NCBI GenBank assembly: GCA_044892525.1
Contig: CM097885.1
Span: 52,578,001 to 52,642,000 of the forward strand
Reading direction: 5' to 3'
Length of the DNA stretch: 64,000 nucleotides
Source: Schmidtea polychroa
Taxonomy: Eukaryota
Each line of letters begins with the position of its first letter. The first letter of the stretch is position 1. The notes beneath the pieces were generated by a model that was given only the letters and a program-made list of their open reading frames with translations, was not told the DNA's origin and made no database searches. Shown here one piece after another: positions 10,208 through 22,600 of this stretch. A program made the translations under genes and the position numbers.

Positions 10208-11599
10208 TTTGAATTTTGAATTTAAAATATTCTGTAAATTTTTTAAGATATTAATAATTTAATAATCTAATACTTAATTTTGTTTAAATTGTGAAAATTT
10301 ATTACTTTTTATAATTATATATTTAATTTTTTAATGCTGTTTTTTTCTTTAAAATTCATTGAATTACCTCAGATTTGACTTTATTTCTAACTTTTATGGA
10401 TTAAATTAAATAACAAAACATTGAAATTTAAAATTTCTTTTATTTTTCAAATGTAATAGATTATAGGCAACGTATTTACATATAATTATAAGTTGGAGAC
10501 CATAGCAGTTTCAACATGTTTCGTGCAGTCAGTAGGTCATGACCCTATTTTTTTAATGTATTTTTAATTGACACTTCGCTTTTGATGCAAATATTTCTGT
10601 CCAATGTAAACAATTCTTGAAATCATTATTCACCGTATTTACTAGATCTCGCACTGTATTACTTCTTACTCCTTTCTAATATCAAACTGACTCCGAATGC
10701 AATGGTTTTGAATGTATAGAAGTCATTTCATTGCCACTTTCAGATACATGACTGCTAATGGAAGTTCTTACATCGCTTTATACGTTCATTTCTGGGATTA
10801 TTGTTTTCCTTGTTTATTTAATCATGGTCATCATTGTTTGATGTGTTAATCAATGTTACTTTAAAATATTTGAACAAGTGGCTGCCCTTATTTCTCGTTT
10901 TTCTAATTTGTTCTAGAATTTCTTATTTATTCGACTAATTCTACTATATATTACAAAGAGTTAGGCAACGTTCTGTCTGTATTTCAGGAAAAATTTCACA
11001 TTAACGTCGATGTTTTGAAATATGGTTGAAATCCATTATTATCATTGGTTAATAAGTAAAAATCAGATTTTTCTTTGCTAATTTTGTCTTTTCTATGTCA
11101 TTTCGGTTACCAGCAATCTTAGAAAATTAGCTTGAATCCTTGAGACGTTCAAGGCTTGAGTTCCCAATGTTGGGGTTGCACCTCGGTTGGCTACTCTACA
11201 TTATTGGCTGGCCTAAGGGTTGATTGTCCATCTCAAATAAGTTGCACTTCCGCCTTGTCAACCTGAAGTGGAACACCACATAACTTCCCTCCAACATAGT
11301 GCCCGTGAATTACTTCACGTTGGTACTGCACTATGCCGGCGAGACGCCAGCAAGCAGGTGAGCTTCTGCCTTAAAACTACTCCTTGCTGAGGCCTCGACT
11401 TCCCATTCACGACTGCCGATAGAAGGGCTTACGTCCATTTCGTTACACAACCACTTATCAGGATTCGCTGAATGCAAATTGGGGATTTCTAGTAGATGGA
11501 TTGGGCACCGCTGGCACAGGGCACCGCTAGCACAGTACCCCCCCCTCCCTCCCCCCGTCGGTAAGATTTTCAAAAATATTCTAAGTCTAAAAGTACATT

Positions 11600-12235
11600 T
11601 TTTTTCAAGGTCAAATTTAAACAAAGACATATGACTCATCAAGGTCATTGAAACAAAGACCATGACTCATATCATGACTCATCAAAATTTTCAAGGTCAT
11701 TTAAACAAAGACCATGACTCATCATATGACTCATCAAGGTCATTTTCAAGGTCGTATGACTCATCCTATGACTCATCAAGGTCAAAAAAATTTTTTCAAG
11801 GTCATTTAAACAAAGACCATGACTCATTCAAGGGCATTTTCAAGGTCATATGACTCATTCAAGGTCATTCTCAAGGTCATATGACTCATTCAAGGTCATT
11901 CTCAAGGGCATATGACTCATACTATGACTCATCAAAAAATTTTCAAGGTCATATGACTCATATTATGACTCATCAAAATTTTTCAAGGTCATTTCCAAGG
12001 CCATCTGAGTCATCCTCTGACTCATCAAGGTCATTTTCAAGGTCGCATGACTCATCCAAGGTCATTCTCAAGGTCATATGACGCATACTATGACTCATCA
12101 AAAAATTCCCAAGGTCACATGACTCATACTATGACTCATCAAAATTTTTCAAGGTCATTTTCAAGGTCACATGACTCATCCAAGGTTAGTCCCAAGGTCA
12201 TATGAGTCATCGCGATGACTCATCAAGGTCATATT
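11600..12235. promoter_or_regulatory. Dense array of TGACTCA and TCAAGGTCA motifs in the left TIR (mirrored at ~26765-27520)
   Basis: Dozens of interleaved ATGACTCAT (AP-1/TRE consensus) and TCAAGGTCA (NR5A/Ftz-F1-type consensus) motifs; function is inferred. Confidence 0.5.
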
Positions 12236-12828
12236 ATTATTTTTAAAAAATATTATTATTTTTATTATTATTTTTTCAAAATATTATTAAGTGTGCTAGC
12301 GGTGCCCTACTATTTGGCATGCCAAAGGTTATCGTTCCCATCATTTTATTTCATCGTTCGATAGCTTGTTTTGAAGCTTGGTGCAAGACCTTTCGAATGA
12401 GCTATTGAAAGTACCATCATCCTCACTATTGACAAAGTTATTAACATTTACCCAAGACCATTTTCAAGGTCATATAATTATTATTATTTTTCAAAAATAT
12501 TATTAAGTGTGCTAGCGGTGCCCTACTATTTGGCATGCCAAAAGTTATCGTTCCCATCATTTTATTTCATCGTTCGATAACTATTTTATTATTATTTTTT
12601 AAAATATTATTTTTTTTCAAGGTCAAAATTTTTTTCAAGGTCATTTATTTTTTCAAGGTCAAATTTTTTTCAAGGTCAAATTTTTTTTCAAGGTCAAATT
12701 TTTTTTCAAGGTCATATTTTAAAATTTAAATTTACAGAGTTCCCGCCAACGAACATTATTCAACGATAGCTCATTTGAAAGCCCAATCCAGGACCTTTCG
12801 AATGAGCCATATTTATCTCATTATTAAG

Positions 12829-13270
<442 letters not shown>

Positions 13271-13427
13271 AGTATTAATCTATATACTCCGAGTCTATCC
13301 GACAAAAATATTCTGTCCCCCTATGGGTAATGCTCACAAGGGTACTGCTCACGCTCAATAACTCGCATTCGATTATTTTATTATTATTCGATAATTATAT
13401 TATTATTTTTCAAAATATTATTATTTT

Positions 13428-15207
13428 CAAGGTCATATTATTATTTTTCAAAATATTATTATTTTCAAGGTCATATTATTATTTTTCAAAATATTATTAT
13501 TTTCAAGGTCATATTATTATTTTTCAAAATATTATTATTTTCAAGGTCATATTATTATTTTTCAAAATATTATTATTTTCAAGGTCATATTATTATTTTT
13601 CAAAATATTATTATTTTCAAGGTCATATTATTATTTTTCAAAATATTATTATTTTCAAGGTCATATTATTATTTTTCAAAATATTATTATTTTCAAGGTC
13701 ATATTATTATTTTTCAAAATATTATTATTTTCAAGGTCATATTATTATTTTTCAAAATATTATTATTTTCAAGGTCATATTATTATTTTTCAAAATATGA
13801 TTATTTTCAAGGTCATATTATTATTTTTCAAAATATTATTATTTTCAAGGTCATATTATTATTTTTCAAAATATTATTATTTTCAAGGTCATATTATTAT
13901 TTTTCAAAATATTATTATTTTCAAGGTCATATTATTATTTTTCAAAATATTATTATTTTCAAGGTCATATTATTATTTTTCAAAATATTATTATTTTCAA
14001 GGTCATATTATTATTTTTCAAAATATTATTATTTTCAAGGTCATATTATTATTTTTCAAAATATTATTATTTTCAAGGTCATATTATTATTTTTCAAAAT
14101 ATTATTATTTTCAAGGTCATATTATTATTTTTCAAAATATTATTATTTTCAAGGTCATATTATTATTTTTCAAGGTCATATTATTATTTTCAAGGTCATA
14201 TTATTATTTTTCAAAATATGATTATTTTCAAGGTCATATTATTATTTTTCAAAATATTATTATTTTCAAGGTCATATTATTATTTTTCAAAATATTATTA
14301 TTTTCAAGGTCATATTATTATTTTTCAAAATATTATTATTTTCAAGGTCATATTATTATTTTTCAAAATATTATTATTTTCAAGGTCATATTATTATTTT
14401 TCAAAATATTATTATTTTCAAGGTCATATTATTATTTTTCAAAATATTATTATTTTCAAGGTCATATTATTATTTTTCAAAATATGATTATTTTCAAGGT
14501 CATATTATTATTTTTCAAAATATTATTATTTTCAAGGTCATATTATTATTTTTCAAAATATTATTATTTTCAAGGTCATATTATTATTTTTCAAAATATT
14601 ATTATTTTCAAGGTCATATTATTATTTTTCAAAATATTATTATTTTCAAGGTCATATTATTATTTTTCAAAATATTATTATTTTCAAGGTCATATTATTA
14701 TTTTTCAAAATATTATTATTTTCAAGGTCATATTATTATTTTTCAAAATATTATTATTTTCAAGGTCATATTATTATTTTTCAAAATATTATTATTTTCA
14801 AGGTCATATTATTATTTTTCAAAATATTATTATTTTCAAGGTCATATTATTATTTTTCAAAATATTATTATTTTCAAGGTCATATTATTATTTTTCAAAA
14901 TATTATTATTTTCAAGGTCATATTATTATTTTTCAAAATATTATTAATTTCAAGGTCATATTATTATTTTTCAAAATATTATTAATTTCAAGGTCATATT
15001 ATTATTTTTCAAAATATTATTATTTTCAAGGTCATATTATTATTTTTCAAAATATTATTATTTTCAAGGTCATATTATTATTTTTCAAAATATTATTATT
15101 TTCAAGGTCATATTATTATTTTTCAAAATATTATTATTTTCAAGGTCATATTATTATTTTTCAAAATATTATTAATTTCAAGGTCATATTATTATTTTCA
15201 AGGTCAT
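13428..15207 (+). repeat. 38-bp tandem satellite CAAGGTCATATTATTATTTTTCAAAATATTATTATTTT, ~47 copies
   Basis: 38-bp periodicity (e.g. CAAGGTC at 14343, 14381, 14419). Confidence 0.95.
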
Positions 15208-15209
15208 AT

Positions 15210-15689
15210 TATTTTTGTTTTATTTATCGATTATTTAATAATTTAATTTTGTTTAAATCGTTGATTATACAATAATATTTTTATTTTTTCTTTTAATTGT
15301 CAATTATGTAATAATTAAATTTTGTTTAAATCGTTGATTATATGATAATATTTTTATTTTTGTTTTAATTATCGATTACTTAATAATTTAATATTGTTTA
15401 AATCGTTAATTATATAATAATATTTTTTTTGTTTTAATTATTAATTATGTAATAATTTTATTTTTTTAAATTGTTGATTAAATGATAATATTTTGTTTTT
15501 GTTTTAATTATCGATTACTTAATAATTTAATATTGTTTAAATGGTTAATTATATAATAATATTTTTTTGTTTTAATTATCAATTACTTAATAATTTAATT
15601 TTGTTTAAATTGTTGATTTTATGATAATATTTTTATTTTTGTTTTAATTATCGATTACTTAATAATTTAATATTGTTTAAATGGTTAAA
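15210..15689 (+). repeat. ~60-bp diverged AT-rich tandem repeat (mirrored at 24611-25090)
   Basis: Recurring TTTGTTTTAATTATCGATTA..TAATAATTTAAT..TGTTTAAAT units. Confidence 0.85.
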
Positions 15690-15842
15690 GTGCTCTTTTT
15701 ATGAACTTGGAAAAAGGGGGGTAAGGGGGGGCCCTTGCATCTATAGCACGCCATGGCGTGCTTATTAATAAACCATGGTTTATTAGCAGATGCTTAGGGG
15801 CCCCCCCTTACCCCCCTTTTTCCAAGTTCATAAAAAGAGCAC
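15690..15842. repeat. Parvovirus-like T-shaped terminal hairpin H1
   Basis: Stem GTGCTCTTTTTATGAACTTGGAAAAAGGGGGGTAAGGGGGGGCCC and its complement enclose two palindromic arms, AGCACGCCATGGCGTGCT and AATAAACCATGGTTTATT. Confidence 0.85.
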
Positions 15843-15971
15843 ACCGGTCAAACAGTGACTTCGTGGGAATTTATGGAAAGATATATAGTAAAGTAAAGGC
15901 AGATGCCTTTATCCAAGTAGGCATAGTCACATAATGCCTTTCCTTTACTAATATATTTTAAGAATGAGTCA

Positions 15972-16445
15972 TCAAAACACTAATCGATAATTATACACAC
16001 AAACTTTTATCACACGTAAAAATATATTTCCTTCACATAATAATTTCAATAGATTAACATTTTTAAAATCACAATAGATTTCTTCACCAATAATAATTTC
16101 CTTTCCTACACAATCGTCGAAACAGAATTCAGATTGAGTTTGAGCACCAGTAAAAAATCCATGTTTAAGATGTCCTCGACATATTGCAGTGAACAATGTT
16201 TTACCACCATTACTTACCCCTTCTAAAATAATAGTTTTGGTTTTTCCGGCTTGAGAAGATAATATTGTATATATCCCAAGGAGGCGACGAATATACGTTT
16301 CATTTTCTTTAGGAATAATCCTACGATTGTCAAAAATAAGTTTATCAATTTGTCTAGAGTGATCATTGTTAAAATAGAAATTGTTGTTAGTAATAAAACT
16401 CTCCATAAAAGTTGATAATTCATTGTAAATTAACAGTTTATTCAT
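15972..16445 (-). pseudogene. Truncated NS1-like SF3 helicase, copy S1
   Basis: GVSNGGKT Walker A and IIIGEE Walker B; cut before motif C by an inverted-repeat unit. Confidence 0.8.
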
Positions 16446-16866
16446 TTGTGATAAAAGTTTGTGTGTATAATTATCGATTAGTGTTTTGATGACTCATTCT
16501 CAAAATATTATAGTAAAGTAAAGGCATTATGAGACTGTACCTAACTTGGAAAAGGCATCTGCCTTTACTTTACTATATATATTTATAAACTCCCACGCAT
16601 GTGTATTTATCGATTAGTGTTTTGATGACTCATTCTTAAAATATATTAGTAAAGGAAAGGCATTATGTGACTATGCCTATGAGTCATCAAAACACTAATC
16701 GATAAATACACATGCGTGGGAGTTTATAAATATATATAGTAAAGTAAAGGCAGATGCCTTTTCCAAGTTAGGTACAGTCTCATAATGCCTTTACTTTACT
16801 ATAATATTTTGAGAATGAGTCATCAAAACACTAATCGATAATTATACACACAAACTTTTATCACAA

Positions 16867-17340
16867 ATGAATAAACTGTTAATTTACAATGAATTATCAA
16901 CTTTTATGGAGAGTTTTATTACTAACAACAATTTCTATTTTAACAATGATCACTCTAGACAAATTGATAAACTTATTTTTGACAATCGTAGATTTATTCC
17001 TAAAGAAAATGAAACGTATATTCGTCGCCTCTTTGGGATATATACAATATTATCTTCTCAAGCCGGAAAAACCAAAACTATTATTTTAGAAGGGGTAAGT
17101 AATGGTGGTAAAACATTGTACACTGCAATATGTCGAGGACATCTTAAACATGGATTTTTTACTGGTGCTCAAACTCAATCTGAATTCTGTTTCGACGATT
17201 GTGTATTAAAGGAAATTATTATTGGTGAAGAAATCTATTGTGATTTTAAAAATATTAATCTATTGAAATTATTATGTGAAGGAAATATATTTTTACGTGT
17301 GATAAAAGTTTGTGTGTATAATTATCGATTAGTGTTTTGA
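16867..17340 (+). pseudogene. Truncated NS1-like SF3 helicase, copy S2
   Basis: Near-identical inverted copy of 15972-16445. Confidence 0.8.
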
Positions 17341-17464
17341 TGACTCATTCTTAAAATATATTAGTAAAGGAAAGGCATTATGTGACTATGCCTACTTGGA
17401 TAAAGGCATCTGCCTTTACTTTACTATATATCTTTCCATAAATTCCCACGAAGTCACTGTTTGA

Positions 17465-17691
17465 CCGGTGTGCTCTTTTTATGAACTTGGAAAAAGGGGG
17501 GTAAGGGGGGGCCCCTAAGCATCTGATAATAAACCATGGTTTATTAATAAGCACGCCATTTGTGATAAACCATGGTTTATTACATCTCATAATAAACCAT
17601 GGTTTATTAATAAGCACGCCATGGCGTGCTATAGATGTAGGGGCCCCCCCTTACCCCCCTTTTCCCAAGTTCATAAAAAAGAGCACACCGG
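17465..17691. repeat. Parvovirus-like terminal hairpin H2 (junction with extra arm copies)
   Basis: CCGGTGTGCTC...GAGCACACCGG stem with three TAAACCATGGTTTA arms and one complete AGCACGCCATGGCGTGCT arm. Confidence 0.85.
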
Positions 17692-17992
17692 GAAACAATG
17701 ACTGCGTGGGAATTTATGAAAACATATATAGTAAAGTAAAGGCAGATGCCTTTATGCAAGTCTACCATAGTCTCATAATGCCTTTCCTTTACTAATATAT
17801 TTTGAGAATGAGTCATAAAACACTAATCGATAAATACACATGCGTGGGAGTTTATAAATATATATAGTAAAGTAAAGGCAGATGCCTTTATGCAAGTCTA
17901 CCATAGTCTCATAATGCCTTTCCTTTACTAATATATTTTGAGAATGAGTCATAAAACACTAATCGATAAATACACACATTATCTTATCACAA

Positions 17993-18664
17993 ATGAATAA
18001 GTTATTAGTCTATAATGAATTATCGACTTTTATGGAGAGTTTTATTAATAACAATGATTTCTATTTTAACAATGATCACTCTAGACAAATTGATAAACTT
18101 ATTTCTGACAATCGTAGGATTATTCCTCCGGAAAATGAAGAGTATATTCGTCGCCTCTTGGGGATATACACAATATTGTCTTCTCAAGCCGGAAAAACAA
18201 AAACTATTATTCTAGAAGGGGTAAGTAATGGTGGAAAAACATTATTTACTGCCATCTGTCGTGGTAATCTTAAACATGGATTTTTTACAGGAGCACAAAC
18301 TCAATCTGAATTCTGTTTTGATGATTGTGTTGGCAAAGAATTAATTATTGGAGAGGAAATTTATTGTGATTTTAAAAATGTTAATTTATTAAAATTATTA
18401 TGTGAAGGTAATATATTTTTACGTGTATCTAGGAAAGGAGATTCAAAAATTGAATTAACTAATTGTCCCTGTATAATATCAAACAATCATCCAATTTGGA
18501 AGTATGCCTCTGAGCATGAACAAGCATTAAAAAATAGATCCCTTTACATTGTTGTAACTAAACCATATGAATTTCAAAATAATATAAATGTTTTTGAAAA
18601 TATTAATGTTCTTAATGATGTGAAATACGATATTTTTGATAAAATAAAACGATTTTTTAACTAA
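17993..18664 (+). CDS. Parvovirus NS1-like superfamily-3 helicase domain (223 aa, no HUH nuclease domain)
   Basis: Walker A GVSNGGKT, Walker B IIGEE, B' LKLLCEG..VSRKG, motif C IISNN, arginine finger ALKNR. Confidence 0.85.
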   Translation: MNKLLVYNELSTFMESFINNNDFYFNNDHSRQIDKLISDNRRIIPPENEEYIRRLLGIYTILSSQAGKTKTIILEGVSNGGKTLFTAICRGNLKHGFFTGAQTQSEFCFDDCVGKELIIGEEIYCDFKNVNLLKLLCEGNIFLRVSRKGDSKIELTNCPCIISNNHPIWKYASEHEQALKNRSLYIVVTKPYEFQNNINVFENINVLNDVKYDIFDKIKRFFN

Positions 18665-18841
18665 GACTTTTATTATTAAACTAAAATGATTTTTTACATA
18701 TTCCTAAATATATTCGGACAATATTGTTACATGAATTACACTGTAAACTCATAAACTGGCACTTTGATTTTCGGTTAACTTCTTCGGGCTCAGATATGGA
18801 TGGATCATCGTCTAAATGGAAAAATAAAAAATTAATATACT

Positions 18842-19213
18842 TTATAAATTATTTACAGTTTCAGCTTTATATTCCTGATATATACGTCCTCTAAAATGGT
18901 GAATTTTCACTCTACGACTAATAGCTTCTTTTATTTGTGGCGTTATGCATTCTGGATAAAATAATTCAAGATCGGTAATACAAAATATTCTCGGTAATCC
19001 CTTTGGTACAACTGCCACACTGTATTTAATATTAATTACGTTTTCGTACGCACAATCGACAAGAGATAGAAATTCTTCTATTCGAGTTTTATTAAAATAT
19101 AAATCATCAAAAACGACTCCGTCACATTGTTTGACATCATCAGTTATTCTATTTAGCATTTGCAAATGTTTACAATGCACTGGATTACGAAAATGACTTA
19201 GGGCAAAATTCGT
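18842..19213 (-). pseudogene. CRESS-DNA-virus Rep-like SF3 helicase fragment
   Basis: TNFALSHFRNPVH..VVFDD..INIKYSVAVVPKGLPRIFC..AISRRV. The Walker A GK residues and the HUH domain are missing upstream. Confidence 0.65.
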
Positions 19214-19601
19214 TGTGCATCATTGGAGATATCGGTATTTGATTGACTCTGAGTGTCCGATTCGTGATGACTTGTTCCCATATTTCTCGTATATCAATAT
19301 TATATTCTAAATCTAAACAAAATTAAAATTTTGATAATATTATAAAAATAAACTTACCAGCAAAATCGTCTAATACACAAGCAAGAACCAATGAGTGGCT
19401 ACCAATTAAAAGTGGATGATAATTATTAAATTGATATTTATATAAATCGTAAATTTTCTCGTCTTGTTTAATATATGCAATTGGTGTTTCAACAAAATGA
19501 TTGAAATAACTTGGTAATTGATAATTTGGGTAGGTTTGATTTGGATTATTTATATAATGACTAAATTTTGACAGGAATTCTTGTAAAGTATTATCAGACA
19601 T
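19184..19601 (-). CDS. Putative two-exon small viral ORF (MSDNTLQEF...DDFADLEYNIDIREIW...)
   Basis: ATG 19601. A G|GTAAG donor near 19356 and a TTTAG acceptor near 19313 keep the frame open to a TAA near 19184. No recognisable domain. Confidence 0.4.
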
Positions 19602-19616
19602 TCTATTTAATTGAAA

Positions 19617-22600
19617 ATGACTGTTCGTATATATAGTGGTGAATTTCACATGCCTGGCTACAATTTATGTGGTCCTGGCACAAACACTGATGTGCGTTTA
19701 GACAAATCAGAAAATCGCAATCCTGTGCCTGGCAGTGAGCCGGTTGACGAAATTGATGAGTTGTGTCTTGCACATGATAAAGATTATAAAAACAAGTCAG
19801 TGCGTGTCAGACATGAGTCTGATAAACGCTTGGTTGCGGATTTATCATTGATAAGAAATGATTCACTGACTAAGCAACAACAATTCGTTAAACATATAAT
19901 AATATTCGTGTTCAAACTGAAAATGTTTGCAGAGAAACTATTTCTCACGAAAAATTACTTGAATGAATTTCAGAAGATTAATCACCAAAATGCAGGTTCA
20001 TTACAATTATTAAATACTTTTAGAAAAAATTTAAATTTATCTAATCAAATTAAAGAATTAATTAATATGAATTTCACTCTTGGAAATTATGCAAGTATAT
20101 TAGCAGGTGAAAAAAATTTTAAACCTCATTCTTCCTATATAAATGCTGGTGAAAGAATATTTGTTCTATATTCTCAAGTAATGCAACCACATGTAACGAA
20201 ATTTCTAGATAATTTTTACAGAAATATTACTAGACCCTCAGGATTTCAGCCTCTATATCTATCAAACTCTTTAAAATCTTTAACTAGTGATATTTTTAAG
20301 CCATTAACATTGAATCAAAAATTTACATCTAATATTGGCAATTTTGTAAATAGAAAATATATAAATCCAAATATATCAAAAATTATTAATTTATTTAGAA
20401 CAAAGAATTTTTATACAAAAATAATATCGAAATGGGGTAATATGAGTGACGTAGCTATATTGGGTTTAGTAGAAGCTGGGGATCAAATAGGTGAACATTT
20501 AAAGGAAGCTATTGACTCGGATATAGTATATCCTAATCCAGGAGAGCATATTTATGAAAAATATTCAGAGGAAGAAATAAATAACTATAAACCATTAAGT
20601 GAACATCATGGCTATTTTGATTATAGTGAGTATTTATCACCCGAATCAGATATTATGGATGAATTTCATAGATATCATAATTTCGAAAATCCTCTTCCTA
20701 AAGATGTGCCCAAATTATTTGGTAAACAATATGAATATTTCTTAGCAAAAGCACAATATTTTGTTAAACAATTAAAAATAAATGGATATTCTACTATAAA
20801 TAAACCTTGGGGTATTAAAGATATAAAGGAGCATATTGTCGATAAAAATTATGTTTTACGTAAAGCATTTGATGAAAATCCAGGGATGATGGAACAATTC
20901 GTTAAAACTTCTAAAGGGAATATTACCAAATTTCTAACATCGGCAATGTTTCAAACACATTATAATATGGAATTACCTGCATTCGACTCAAAAGATCCAC
21001 AAAAAGAAATTTATGAACATATTGGATTACGTAGTGTTGAAGAACACAATAAAATAAATCCCTATGAAACATATAACCCGAGTGAGCCAAATTCTTGGTA
21101 TGCATGGACACCAGATGGTAAAAATCAGTATAAATGGACAACAACAGTATTTCGACATTATTGGAATCCCAGTACAAGGAGGTATCCACGTAGAATACCA
21201 ATTAAAGCATTAACTAAAGTCGAAGTAAATGATAAATTTACTAAATACCTTCATTCTATAAAAAATAATAAAATTGCTCAAACATGGTATAATAAAAATG
21301 GTCCTGAGGATCACATGTTACATGATAGAAAATTAAATCGTATTCAATTACAAATCTTAAAGTATCACTATCAATTGAATCATCACCAATCAGGGCAACA
21401 CGATGACTTGAAAGTGGCAACACAGGAACAATTGAAAGAGTATGTGAAACGTATGCCAAAAAAATTATCTGTTGATGTGCGTAATCGATTACACCATAAG
21501 GAAATAACCAATCAAATATTAGATAGTCACAAAGAACACGTTGAGAGTACTCGAGGGTCCATTTATACTGAACAATTATTAAAAGAAATCATTTCATCTG
21601 CATATGACATGTCAACAACAACTGCCCCGCCCGTTGTTCCATCCTCTGGGGTCCCCGGCTCTGGAGGGGGTAATGGAATACTCAGATCTTCACAAGGAGA
21701 TTTCCGGCCCAGCCTTGATGGTTCCTCTTTGCAGTTCACCTCAACCAATTGCGGAGCTTCTTGCATTGGAACCACCAAACAAAGTGAATGGCACAATATA
21801 CCAGTCGAATATTATTATCCGCATCTTATGTTCGGTAATCCAGATTTGTGGTCTGCAATGGAAAGATTTATGTGGTGGAAACCAATCTCAATGCACTATG
21901 AAATATTCAATATTCAGGTTCTTGGTGAAACATCTCCGCAAAACTTTTCTGGATTACAGAATCAGGTTGAAATGTTGGTTTACAAAGACACTTCGAATAT
22001 CTTCGGACCATGTGCAATGCCCGAAAATAAAGCAAAAGCATTCAAGGATTATTGGCTAGATGAGGCTAGCTTACATAATGGATATAATGTTAATAATCAA
22101 TTATCCAAATTAACACCTCAAATGTTGCCTAAGGCTGGTTGGATATATATATGTGAAACATGTCCTGAGGTACAAATAGTAAATTGTAATACAGGAGAAA
22201 GTATAGAATATGATTATACGGCATCTAAAGTTAAATATCCCAGATATATTAATGAAATGTGGACACAAAGATGCGATTTAACTGATCCTAAATTAAAAGA
22301 TTCCGATCCAGTATATTGGGATAGGTTTGATTATTTCAATTGTAAAGTTGTTAAACCATTTAGTTATATGTGTGCGTTGGGTCGTGCTACTCGAACTACT
22401 GATAAACGAATAGTTCCTTATCCTTCTAAAATGCGATATCACAAATGGATACGAAATAATATTAATGGAAAAACGAATTATGACTATAAACAAAAAATTC
22501 TAACTGTCCATCAAAAGGTTGAACCAACTGATAAAGCTGATTTAGTGGATGAATGGTATTCTAAAAAAGCAGCTGCCGTGGATGAATATCGACAAACTTG

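Noticed and set aside
11662..12081. MTH/SRS-repeat ORFs (also 26794-27459)
   Set aside because: By-products of the TGACTCA/TCAAGGTCA array.
13428..15207. CRISPR-like regular repeats
   Set aside because: Pure tandem repeats with no unique spacers, no cas genes and a eukaryotic context.
17378..17816. Small ORFs across the hairpin (also 23374-23670)
   Set aside because: They read through palindromic telomere sequence and show no coding features.
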